Shown here: positions 22,312 through 34,102 of the stretch, one piece after another
Layout: the number at the start of each line of letters is the position of its first letter
Numbering within the stretch: the first letter of the stretch is position 1
NCBI GenBank assembly: GCA_002269645.1
Contig: NIVC01001232.1
Span: forward strand, 1-64,000
Source of the DNA: Macrostomum lignano
Taxonomy: Eukaryota
DNA: 64,000 bases
Reading direction: 5' to 3'
Notes under the pieces: model-generated
Database searches by the model: none
Told to the model about the DNA's origin: nothing
The model's input: the letters and a program-made list of their open reading frames with translations, nothing else
Program-made: the position numbers and the translations under genes

Positions 22312-23089
22312 TTATTACTAGCGCCAAAATTCAAACACCCATAAAAAGCAAGACTAGTGAGTTTTTAGTAATCAGTATAAATGAGTAAAAGAGTTAAATA
22401 TAAGCGAAATTTGACGAATTTGATAGAAGAATGATGGCACTAAAACTTTTTATTCGAATTTTAAATAGGCGATTCCCATAGTTTAAGGTACGATAAAGAG
22501 ATACAAACAGTTGGTAGTTACAAAACGCAAATTTTTTTATTAAATTTTACTACTTTACTAAATTGGATTTATACTTAAACAAAAACAATATTGTTTCTTG
22601 TAAAGATACATTTTAGATTATCGCTTTTTAGGTAAGCAAGATAAAACAATTTCCAAGAATTAAAAAATAGAATTTAGGTACATTAGCGCCAGAGTATTCA
22701 ACATAATAATTATAAAATTTTATTCTTTATTTGATTTCGTTTAATTTTTAAGGAAAATATTTACCATTGCATTGTAAACATTGAATTACGTGGTCAAATT
22801 GGTACCCGAGCCATGCAGTAAATGGAACAGAAAGCACTTAGACTGGTGGCCGCTGCACTGCAGACCTCCGTCACCCCCAGGCAATTATAACTAATTATAA
22901 AAGCATTATTTATTCACTATTTTTGTAGTCTAAATTAAAAGAGCTTCTTGGAGGACCATAAATAAATTGTTGGATACGGTGTACATGTGCATGTACTACG
23001 TCTCAGGGACGTTTCTGCAATCAACAATTAAAAGAAATCTTTGAAGAAGACTCTATTGGATACGTAAAATTAATTTTTTGCACCCCCGT

Positions 23090-26000
23090 GCAAATATTAG
23101 TGCTGACACCTGGTATCGCGGCCAGATCACCGGACCGCGCAAGACGTCGGTTGGCTTGGACGCCGTGCCTCGGCTGCGGCAGCAGAGCTCAGCACAGCAG
23201 GGACTCGCAGAGGTCGGCGCAGCGCGCAACGTCGCACTGAGCGGCGGCGCGAGCGCAACCGACGAGGGCGACTCCATGGCGCGGCCATGCAGGCGCCTGT
23301 CGCCCCCAGTCCCTGGTATTTGAACTATGGATCCGCCGGGTGGCTTCGGGAACCACGACGCAAATCTCCATCTGGCCCCAGCTGTACCAGAACTCTTAAG
23401 GCCCCCTGACGTCGCATCACTCTCGCCAGCTGACCCACGACCTACAGCTGGACCTCATCATGCTGCAGGAGATTTCTAATCGTGGCTGAGCCGGGGCTCC
23501 TCTCTTAGGATCTCGGAGTCGGCTGCAGCCTCCTGTACACGTCGGCAGACGACTGCGGCCGGGGCTTTGTCGGTGTGCTGATCGCGGACCGCGCCTTTGG
23601 CTGAGCGTGCACAGCGCTTCGCGGGTCGACCTGTGCCTGCGCGCCCGCTGCATCCGGCTGTTTTGCGCGTATGCACCCACCGCTGCTCACCCCGAGGAGG
23701 CTCGTGCCTTCGTCGACTTCCTGGCTAAGCAGCTGGAAGAGGTGCCAAACCGCGACACGCCGGCGATGCTCGTAGACCTGAACGCAGTTCCGCGGAGGTT
23801 CGAGCGTTCGCCCTATGTCGCAGCAGGACGCGAGAACGCCAACACCGATGCGCTGGAGGATCTGCTTGACCGGCTGGACCTGGTGTCCGCGAACACCCAG
23901 TTCTGCAAGCCCCCCTGCCCGCCTAGTCACCTTTGCGGGCTGAAAGAGAAGGCGACGGAGCGCACGCGCCCGGACCGCCACGAGAAGACTGGCGCGACTC
24001 GATCATGCGCTGGTTCGCACTCGCGAGCGCCGCCGCGTCACCAACTGCGACATCATGGCTCCTATGGCTCTCCGGTCAAACCATTGACTTCTGCTCTGTG
24101 ACTTGCGGCTCCACGACCAGCTCTACCGACCGCCAAAGCAGCGACCACGGTGTTACTATCGCGCTCTGTCGGATACCCGCGTGAAGCGTCATTTCGCGGG
24201 CGCCTTCATCGGCGCGCTTGGAGACCAGCGCGAGGCGACGTATTACGACATCAGCACCGCTATTAGAGCCGCTGTCGAGCAGACGGTCCGGCTGTTGCGG
24301 CCAGCGCAGAAATCGCTGCATGTCTAACAGAGCGACCCGACCATCAGGCAGGCGCGGCTCAACATGGAGCGACTCCGCAGAAACCGGTGGCCCACAGGCG
24401 ACGCTGAAGACGCATTTGAGCGCCTCCTAGATGAGCGGCTTCAGGCCGCTGTCGACGACGCCGTCCGGTTCATCACTGCAGCCGGCCCCGACGTGAAGAG
24501 CAGGGCTGTGTGGACGGCCGTCCGGACCCTGACGGGGCGCAAAAGGCGCGTGGCGCTGAACCTGGCCGGCGACACCACGGAAGAGCGCAGGAATGAATTG
24601 CGCGACTTCTTCGCCGGCATCGTGAACACGCCCGCTTCCCCGCTGCCTACCAGTTTTGCACTCCCATTGGACACGCCGCTCCCAGCTGAGGACTTTTGCG
24701 CCACCCCAGTCACCACGGAGGACGTTGTGCTGTTCGCTCGGAACACATCAGGTGGCAACGCGCACGGCCCCGACGAAGTTCCGGTCGAAGCGCAACGGCT
24801 CTGCTGTGTCGCGTCATGAACCGCGTGCTCGTCGGCGCCCCCGCGCCCACCGAGTGGACCGTTGCGCACATCGTGCCGATCCCGAAGAAGGCAGGGACAA
24901 CGCGGAAAGAAGACCACCGCGGAATCGCGCTGATGTCCTGCACCGCGAAGCTCTTCAACCGGCTGCTGCTCGATAGTCTGCAGTCGGTGCTAGACCCGTA
25001 CCTGCGGTGCGAGCAGAACGGATTCCGGCCGCAACGCGGTACAGTTACACAGATCCTTGCACTCCGCCGTGTCATCGAGGAGGCGCACATCCGCCAGTCT
25101 ACGCTGATCATTGTCTTCGTTGACTTTCGAAAGGCGTTTGACTCGGTGTTGAGAGCCGCGCTTCCCTTTGTCCTTCGAGCCTACCGGATACCCAAGCAGC
25201 TAATCGACTCTGTCATGGCGCTGTATTACGACACTCGAGCTGCTGTGGTGACGGCGGACGGCTTGTCTGACCTGTTCGACACTTTCTCTTCCTCTTCGTG
25301 CTGCTGCTGGACTGGGTGCTTCAGACCACACTCCCCTCGGCTGACGACGGCTTCCTGCTGCGCAGACGTATCGGTCGCGCTACGGCGAAAAGCGTCTGAG
25401 CGTGCTTGGCTACGCCGACGACCTCGCCTTCCTATCCTCGTCCGTTGAAGGCGCCCAGCGCCAGATTGACAGGCTGGTCAAGGTGGTATCGAGCGTCGGT
25501 CTGGTTGTCAACACGCTGAAGACCGAGGTGCTGACTGTGCCGGCCGACATCCCAGCGGACCTGATGTGCCGCGGCGCAAACGGGCAGACGACCAGGCTCG
25601 CACGCTGCCAGCGGTTCACCTACCTTGGCGGTCTGGTGCCTCACGTGGAAGAAGACCTCTGGCGGCCTAGAGGGGACTTGCCTGGGCGGCCTTCCGTTCA
25701 ATCCGGGCCGCCGTCCAGTCCGAAGCGCTGCCCGACCGCCAGAGGGCTCGGCTGTGGCAGGCGGTGGTCGAAACCGTCCTGCTCTTTAACGCCGAGACGT
25801 GGATGCTGAGAGCCACGCTGGAGCGGCAGTTGGACTCGGCGCACTCAGGGCTGCTCCGTGCGGCCTTTCGAGCTGACGAGAGCGTCGGGACCGAGGCCCT
25901 GTACGATCGGGCCAAGCTGCAGCGCCCGTCTATCATCCTGCGCCGGCGGTGACTTCAACTGGCGGGCCACGTGATTCGGGCCAAGGGCAACTGCCCCCAA

Positions 26001-26090
26001 CCTGCTCAGGACGTCCTGCTGCTTACCTTGCAGGGCCCACTCAGGCGGGGTCAGGCCAAAACCCGTCGATACGTGGACTGCCTCCTACGC
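23090..26090 (+). mobile_element. Decayed non-LTR retrotransposon (RTE-like LINE): APE endonuclease + RT, frameshifted, 3' end missing
   Basis: LDLIMLQE, CAYAPT and VDLNA endonuclease motifs; IVPIPKK, EQNGFRPQR, FVDFRKAFDSV and YADD RT motifs in several frames. Confidence 0.9.
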
Positions 26091-29000
26091 GTCTGCAGGA
26101 GATCCGGCGTGAAGGATGAGAAGGAGGAAGGGTTTTCGTCCAAGACCGACTTCTTCATAAGTCTCATGGGGGAAACTGCCTACGACAAGCTGCGGAACCT
26201 GGTCGCTCCGGCGAAGCCAGAGAACAAAAACTTCAAGGAATTGAAGGATGAAATTGAGAAGCATGTCGTGCCGCAGAAGAAACTGGTTGTAGCTGAGCGC
26301 TACAAGTTTAACTTACTGAAGCAAGATGAATACGAATCAGCGGCAGATTTTGAGAACAGGTTACGTGCTCAAGCTGACCGATGTCAATTCGGAGATTTCC
26401 TACAGGAAGCTTTGAGAGACAGATTCGTAGCAGGACTGCGCAGTGAGTCGGTGGTGAAAGAGCTGCTTATCAAAGACCCGCTGACCCTGGAGCTGGCGGT
26501 GGAGACTGCCACGGCGCAAGAGCAAGTAAGCAAGAGTGCCTTAAGCGCTAATGGAAAGGTGGAAACAGTCAGTGCGACCAAGGGCAGAGTACAACAACAA
26601 AACAGGGCCCAAGCTCAGGGACGCACATTCAGCTAGGCTTGCAATTTCTGTATGAAAAGGCACCCGCCAAAGGCATGCCCCGCGTTTGGAGCAAAATGTC
26701 GAAAATGTAAGAAAATGAACCATTTTGAAGCTGCATGCAAGCTTAACAAGCCAGCTAGCTCACATGGAAGGATGGCATCCGGCTCCATCAAAGGAAAGCC
26801 ATCAATGCGAGAGTGTGCAGGAATCGAGGAGGAGGATAAACCAGCCAAGGACAATGAGCTTTTTAGCCTATGCGATGACCGGGACAGATCAAGCGTCTGG
26901 ATCAATGTAAAACTGAACGATAAGGACGTTGCTATGATGGTGAATTCTGAAGCATCAGTGACCTGCATTCCTAAGATTTTGGCTGAACAACTAGAACTGC
27001 ATTAGACAGACCCAAATTGTCGACTAACATCATACGGAGGACAAGACCTACCAGTATGTGGTACCGCAGATGTTCGAGTTCAGACCGAAGATGAAAGTGA
27101 GTGCTCATTACCTGAGGTAGTCATGGATATGAACGCAAAGCTGGTTATTGACCGAAATTGGTTTAGTATTTGGGTATTGAAGTTACTAAGCGTCGTTGTC
27201 AAGCTGCAGTGGCTTTTAAGTGAATTCAAGTGAAGTTGGAAGTCCGAGAAAACACGAGACCGGTGGTATCAAGGGCCCGACCCATTTTCGCTGGTACCAG
27301 CCGTTAAGAAAAGATTTTAAGATCTGGAAATGCGGAAGATCATTGAAAAAGTAGAGCAGCCGGTGTTCGCTAGTCCGATTGTAGTCGTTCCCAAAAGCTC
27401 GGGAGACATCAGGCTGTGTGGAGACTATAGATGGGTCAACCAGTTTTTACGGCTACCGCCAATCGATATGCCAACAAAGGCGGATGTGCAACGAGCCATT
27501 TCAGGATGCAGTCGTTTCACTGTGCTAGATCTGAAGGATGCATACCATAACCTTGAGCTGTGCGAGGACTCACGGGATATCACTATTATCGCAACACCTT
27601 TTGGTTACTTTCGGTACAGGGTATTACCATGCGGACTGTCATCTGCTCCTTGATTGTTTCAGAACATTCTATGTGAGTTGCTTCGGGATGTCCTCGGAGT
27701 GTTGGTGTTCATTGACGACATTCTAGTCTGTGGAAAAAACCGGGAAAGTTTGGCCGAGAAGACGGAAATAATACTTAAAAGGCTGCAAGAGAATGACATC
27801 ACACTGAATGCTAAGAAGTGCCAGTTCGACAACGAGGAGGTCGAGTTTCTAGCCCTTAAGATCTCAAAGGAGGGATGCTGCATGAACGAGGATAAGGTGA
27901 TGGTAATACAAAGCATAGAAGATCCAAGAAACCAGGAAGAGCTGAGAACATTTCTGGGACTGATAAATTTCTATGCGCCGTTCATTCCGCAAGTGGCCAC
28001 GAAGACTGCCATTCTGTATGACCTGCTGAAGAAAGATGTCAGCTGGACATGGCAACAAGAACACACGGAGGCCGTGGCCCGTGATGCAATTGAAGCAGGA
28101 CATTACATCAAGGCAGGTGCTAGCGCCGTACGATCCAAGTGAGTAGCTAACTCTGACTACAGATACATCGCCCTCCGGCATTGGAGGAGTGCTGGAGCAG
28201 AATGGAAGGCCTGTAGCGTTTGTGTCCAAGAAACTCACACCTGTCGAGTCGCGATACAGCCAACTTGAGCGAGAAGCTCTTGGTGTGGTTTTGTGCGTCA
28301 AGAAGCTAAATAGATTTTTAGCCTATCGAAGTTTTGTGATTGTGACAGATCACAGGCCGCTAGAATTTCTGTTCGCATCTCACAAGGACCTCCCTGAAAG
28401 AGCGAGCAAACGAGTGCAGCGCTGGGCGGAACTGCTTGCAACGTACCAATATAACATGAGGGAAACGGACACAAGAAATTCCACATGCAGACGCGCTATC
28501 AAGACTTCCAACTGACGGAAACAACTGGAGTGATAGGTCAGCGACTGAAGCCGTGAACGAAATCGCTGTGGTGGATATCGCCTTGTCCGATGAAGGACCA
28601 GTCACCACTAGAACAGGTGGTCCAAGAAGACAAGGAGATTCAAGACGTTCTCAGTCGATTGCGATCTGCTGAAGATGTGACAGAGCAGACAGAGCAGCGT
28701 TCCGAAGAGTGCAGAATAGACTAAGCTGTGGTGATAATCTACTACTTTTTGATAATCGAATCGTCATCCTTGCAAAATTGAGAGCACAAGTTATGCGTTT
28801 TCTTCACGATTCTCATCCGGGAATGCAAGCGATGAAAGCATGGGCACGACAGTATGTTTAGTGGCCCAATATGGAAGCCGAGATAGAAAAGTGCGTGGCA
28901 GAGTGTCGCACGTGTCAACGCCTAAGACCTTCACAGAAAGCTGTGCTCAGACCATGGCCAGTGCCAAAGGAAGCCTGGTGCCGAGTTCATGCTGACCTAG

Positions 29001-29914
29001 GTCAATTAGAAGGAAGAATTTTCTGGTGGTTTTGGACGCCGAATTTTTTGCTGCCGAATGGGTTCGAGATATTGACGCAGCGGCTGTGATTCAAGTGCTG
29101 CGAAGAACATTTTGCAAGTTCGGCATCCGGGAAGTACTCGTCACTGACAATGGACGACAGTTCGTTGCTAATGAAACGGAAGCCTGGTTGAAGCGGATGT
29201 GAGTGCTACATCTTAAGTCTCCTTGATATCATCCCGCTTCGAATGGCGTGGCCGAGGTCGCAGTAAAAAGGTTGAAAACCAAGTTTAAAACAGCTTAACG
29301 ACCCAGACCCGGAAGTTCCAAAGCAACAGGCTTTGTACGCCATTCGTGTCTGCCCGAGAGCCAACGGTGTCGCTTCGTGTCGAGAAATGTTTGGTCGCGA
29401 GTTCAATACGAGGAATTGTCACTGTTACATCGTCGGTCGTTTCAGGACAAGAAAACCGATCAAGTCCACAATCCTGTGTGGGTTCAAGACCCCTTTAACA
29501 AGGAGTGGAGGGAGAAGGAGTAATTCAAGAAGCGATTAGCGAACAGCTGAAACGAGTGTGGGACCATCAAGGACGAGACCTGGTGGTACACAGGGACCAT
29601 GTCAGAGACAGAGCAGAGGCAACTAACAGAGCGGATCCGGAGACCACCAGAGAGGTACCAAGTATCTTAAAGGAAAAAGGGATAATGTGACTTGACTGAG
29701 TACTCGTACTTGTATTTATATTGTCAGTTTAGACCGTTTTGCTTTTTTCTATGGGCTCGCATGAAGCCAAGAGACAGTACCAGCTTTAAAGCCCGCTGTG
29801 TGGCAAGCTAAAATATAGAAGAACCTTAAGAGGTCTGGAGCGTAAGAAGTACGCAATTATTTTGCAGCACTACTTGACGACTTGTGCAGCTTATTTTAAA
29901 TTCAAGACATAACA
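26090..29914 (+). mobile_element. Decayed Gypsy LTR retrotransposon (Mag-like), 5'-truncated: gag with two CCHC-type knuckles, protease, RT, RNase H, integrase, PPT and probable 3' LTR
   Basis: Gag VVAERYKF...LRDRFVAGL; CNFC..HPPKACPAFGAKCRKCKKMNHFEAAC; RT ASPIVVVPK, LDLKDAY, FIDDILV with an in-frame TGA; RNase H YSQLEREAL; integrase HDSHPG..CRTCQ. PPT AAAGGAAAAAGGGATAA is followed by TG at 29686; LTR end (~29914) uncertain. Confidence 0.88.
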
Positions 29915-30062
29915 TACGGGATTTGCAAGAAAGAAATCTGATAGAAAAAGATATTGCCCATTGAGAAATTTGATTGCTATCCAAAATCTTCTAGCCGAAC
30001 TCTATAGCTGCTAAGCCGAAGCTTAGGAGTCTGCCGGTGAGTTTCCAGCGATCAGACGAAAG

Positions 30063-30107
30063 NNNNNNNNNNNNNNNNNNNNNNNNNNNNNNNNNNNNNN
30101 NNNNNNN
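30063..30107. other. Assembly gap (45 N)
   Basis: Run of N. Confidence 1.
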
Positions 30108-31011
30108 TCGTCAACCAATCCGGACGTATTTATAGGAACGGCGGCTATTCAAATCACGCGGTCTCACAGTTGGTCGCGAAGTTGGAGTGAAGCCCGCTGG
30201 CTGCACGAGGAGCAGTGACCCGTGACCCATTAGTCCAGTCCATGGACTCAACAGTCGTTACGCGGCCTTCAATCCGACCCAATTGGAGATTTCGACTGGC
30301 AAATTTCAAATTCGGCTAGCAGATTTCGAATTAATTATCGAACTTTCATATAGACCCCCCGATACGTAAACGCGCCATAGCTCGTAGCATATGGGTCTGA
30401 CTTATCCGCTCGCTCGCAGTGCGATGCTCCCTGACTTTTTAAATTTCGGGCTGCACGTTACACATGTAAATAACGTACAAGCTATTGCAATATTTCTGGA
30501 AAATTAGCTTTACGCATAAAGAGCTAAGCTAGATTACATTCTATAGCTCATTGTAGTTTGATATACGAGCTAGATAATACAAAGTGTTGGAGAAAAGCAT
30601 TAAAAAATCTGTTCTTTGGTGCTATAACTAGGCTTTGCCTGCGTGGCTACAGTATACGCTTGTATTGAGGGGTTTGGCAGCGCTTTTGAAAGCATATTCT
30701 CACACAGTTCACTTCTTCGTGTCGTAAATGTATGCACATCTATCTCTCTCGCCCTGCCGCACTTGGCTACCCAGGCGAAAAAAAATTAGGCAACGTCTGC
30801 TTGTTGTTTGGTTGGCAGAATTGTCTTACCTTAAAGACACTATTTAGTCGTACTCCTGCTTACACGAACGAGAGTTTAGGTATAATGTACAATAAATTTC
30901 GAATTTTCTATTATTTCTGTAGCCTGTCTTGCCAGTCCCGCGCTGAAATGCGATGATATAATTTCAGAGCACTGCAAGCATATTATTTTTCTTTCAAAGC
31001 GCACTAAAGTA

Positions 31012-32196
31012 ATGGCTGCAACGATGGCGCTGCCAGCTGAGCATAGCAATCTGCACAAGGCAACTGCAGCGCGCGTCGGACTGAACAGAGTTCTGGTTAG
31101 CCACCTACAATCTGCAGTACCGTCTTCACGAGATGGTCCAAGTCGACGAACTAACAGTTACAGTGGTGAACAATTCTACTTTCAGCTGCTCAAAAATCAG
31201 GTTCAGATTCCCGGGCAAGTGTCACCGACGTGCGAAGCTCGACGGACGGACAGCAAAAAACAAAGCACCAGCTTGGAGCAACAGAGATTCTCGACGCACG
31301 TCAGTACTGGTCCGACGACGAGAACTGGCACGCGAAGAGTCAACACAGACGACCGGTCAGGCAGAGCCGCACGCTTGGCCAGTCAGACGCAGCACGCAGG
31401 CCTATTACAGTAACTGCCCTAAAAGCCAGAATCCGACGGCAGCGAAGAATCAGGCAAGCCACGGCAGACGAGGCAGCAACGTCCGAGGAGGAGTCTGCCG
31501 GTGAGTTTCCAGCGATCAGACGAAAGAAGTTCACCAGGCCTAGCAGAAGCGAGATCGCCGGTCAGCAGACGCAACTAGCTGCTAACAATGGCTTTCACAA
31601 CGGTAACGCAATCGTGTACCCTTCGTCAACCAATCCGGACGTATTTTATAGAACGGCGGCTATTCAAATCACGCCCGGTCTCACAGTTGGTCGCGAAGTT
31701 GGAGTGAAGCCCGCTGGCTGCACGAGGAATTCCAGACGCGGGGCTCAGAACTGGGAAACGTTTCAGCTCAGCCGCCTGCTAGACAGGGTCGACGGCTGAC
31801 CTCATTCGGCGAAGGTTCTGTACCAGTTCCACGCGGTCGGAAGCCATCTCGAGATGGTTACGCTGGACAGTTTTTATCCCGGGTAATCAAGTACAGGTAA
31901 CCGCAGAGAAGAGTGCTCCGGCAATACGGTTTAAAAAGAGAGTGCAAATTAGCGATCAAGAAAATTCAGCTGAGAGATTTCGTCAGTTTTGGAAGGACAC
32001 ACTTATGAGTCAGGACATTTATAGCCCGGTTGATGACTCAGTTCCGCATCAAACAGCGGCTACTGGCAGTCAGTCCGTCGGAGATCCGTTTGTTCGAGTC
32101 TCTGTTGAGCCAACCAAAGTGGTGATCAAACCCGATCTGACACGGAAGCAGCCGGCTTCTGGCTACCAATTAAAGAGGAACTATGGTTTCTTTTAG
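31012..32196 (+). other. Unresolved coding-like region (overlapping ORFs in three frames; last ORF ends LKRNYGFF* followed by AATAAA near 32285)
   Basis: GC-richer than flanks, with donor-like sites (CCG|GTGAGT at 31500). No recognisable domain. Confidence 0.3.
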
Positions 32197-33188
32197 CCGT
32201 CGGCATTCTTTCATAAGTCCCTGATTGATCAGTTTTAAATTTTATGATTAAATGTACGACTTGTAACTCAGTTGTCATATGTGGAATAAATGATTTTATT
32301 CTGTAAACTTTTTTCTACTTTGTAAACGTTCAGCTGATTTAATTGGGTATTAGGAAACCACAAGAACGTATTTGATTCTATGCTTTGAAACTGATTGAAA
32401 GTTTATCAGCTATTACCTTCGATTCATAATTAGCACACTAGCTCATATATATTGTATGTTCATATAAAGCTGAAACCTCAACTCAAACACTCGATCACTT
32501 GTTCGTGTTTGTGCCCTGGAGAAGCGAACTTACGCATCGTTAAATGAGGACAACGCACTCGCTGCTCGTACGTAATGTTTGAAGTCTGGCTATTTACTGC
32601 ATAATAATTGCATTAAAACAGTTGGTACACAACAGAAAAAGAAACAATTGTAGCCAATGAGACAGCAGCATCGGTCGCTATTATTGGAATATTTGGTATG
32701 TATTTTAGTAGCATTGTACGAATTATAGCTTCGGGGCGGGGATTTTCAGTTTTTAGCATTACTCATTTTTACGATCGTACATGCATGTACATGTACGATA
32801 GAATTACTGGTATGCTCAAAATTAAGTCCTAAAATTTTTATACTCAGCGCACTTTTCTCAATATGCTAAAATGTGCGTACGTGTAAGCCTTGATAATAAA
32901 TTTTATGAGCGTATTTTATCTTACAAAATGCAAATTCTTCCAAATGCACTTGAAAACGGGAATTACGTAAAAAGGCCTGCTTAACGTGTACATCAGTACA
33001 TGCAACTGCAGTTCGGAGAAATGGTGTAAATTTTATGTTCAGCCTAAAAAATATACCAACGCGAGTGCAGAGTCAGCTTTTTAATTAAGTACAATCTTTT
33101 GGTCACTTACGTGTACAACTTACATGTATTATATTATAACATTCGTGTGCATTAATGTAGCTTGATTACATACATGTACCTGTATATG

Positions 33189-33584
33189 CAGGGGCGTCGC
33201 AATCGAGGGGGGACAGGGGCCGGGGGACTTGTCCCCCCCCCCAGTAAAAGCTATGGGGGGACATGCCAATGCTTTGCCCCTCCCACCCCACCTTGTGACC
33301 CGAGTTGGAAATCAATAACGTTGCTTTTAGGGCGACAATAGCGCCTGTACGTGGCACCAAAATGAGTGCCTGCGGCGCTAAAATGATCATCAGTGCCTGC
33401 GGCGCCAAAATGAGTTCTTTCGGCGCTTAAAATAAGTGCTTCGGCGCCAAAATATAAGCGCTGACAACATGCACCGATTCTGAAAATAATGAACATGTAG
33501 GAATTTATAGTCCCGTGCTTGTCATGTTACATGTAGAATTCTGGCCTTGTGCCCCACCATAAAAAATCCATGGCGACGCCCCTG
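33189..33584. mobile_element. hAT-type MITE, 12-bp TIR CAGGGGCGTCGC, 8-bp TSD (TGTATATG / TGTATATT), ~520 bp upstream of the DLST ATG
   Basis: TIRs and a 7/8 TSD read directly; internal GCCTGCGGCGCYAAAATGA subrepeats. Confidence 0.8.
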
Positions 33585-34102
33585 TGTATATTAACTATAC
33601 ATGTAAGATAGCTATACATGCAGCTGTACGCGTGTGAAGAATTTAATGTAATGTTCATTACATCAATGTAAGCTAATCGTGGATTGATCGAGTCATATTG
33701 GATGAAAATTTTGAAATTTCGACCATGCATGCACTGCACTTTTACGTGCAACATACAGGCAAGGACTACTCAAGTAGAACTACTCTACTACTATGCTACT
33801 TGAGTAGTCCTGCAAGTGTCCTTGCAAATATAGATTACTTTGCATTTTTAAAGCTACATACTAAATAAAAACATTTTTATGCTAATAAAAATGAAGTATA
33901 CATGGAAAAGAAGCTGAAATGCAGCAAAAAGACTTCTAAATACTGTTATGTTTATTAGTTGTAATGTTTTGTTAACTCATATTGAATAAATTTAAACGTT
34001 TGAAGTGTGTTTCTTTGAAAGGCCAGTTTTAGCACAAAATACAACTCCTTGTCAGGTTATTAGTTCTTTTGTCTATATCTGACTTATAAGTACACAGACG
34101 CA

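Noticed and set aside
23109-23125. TGGTATCGCGGCC as a PBS for the Gypsy element
   Set aside because: Only a partial match to a tRNA-Met PBS, and no upstream LTR matches 29686 onward.
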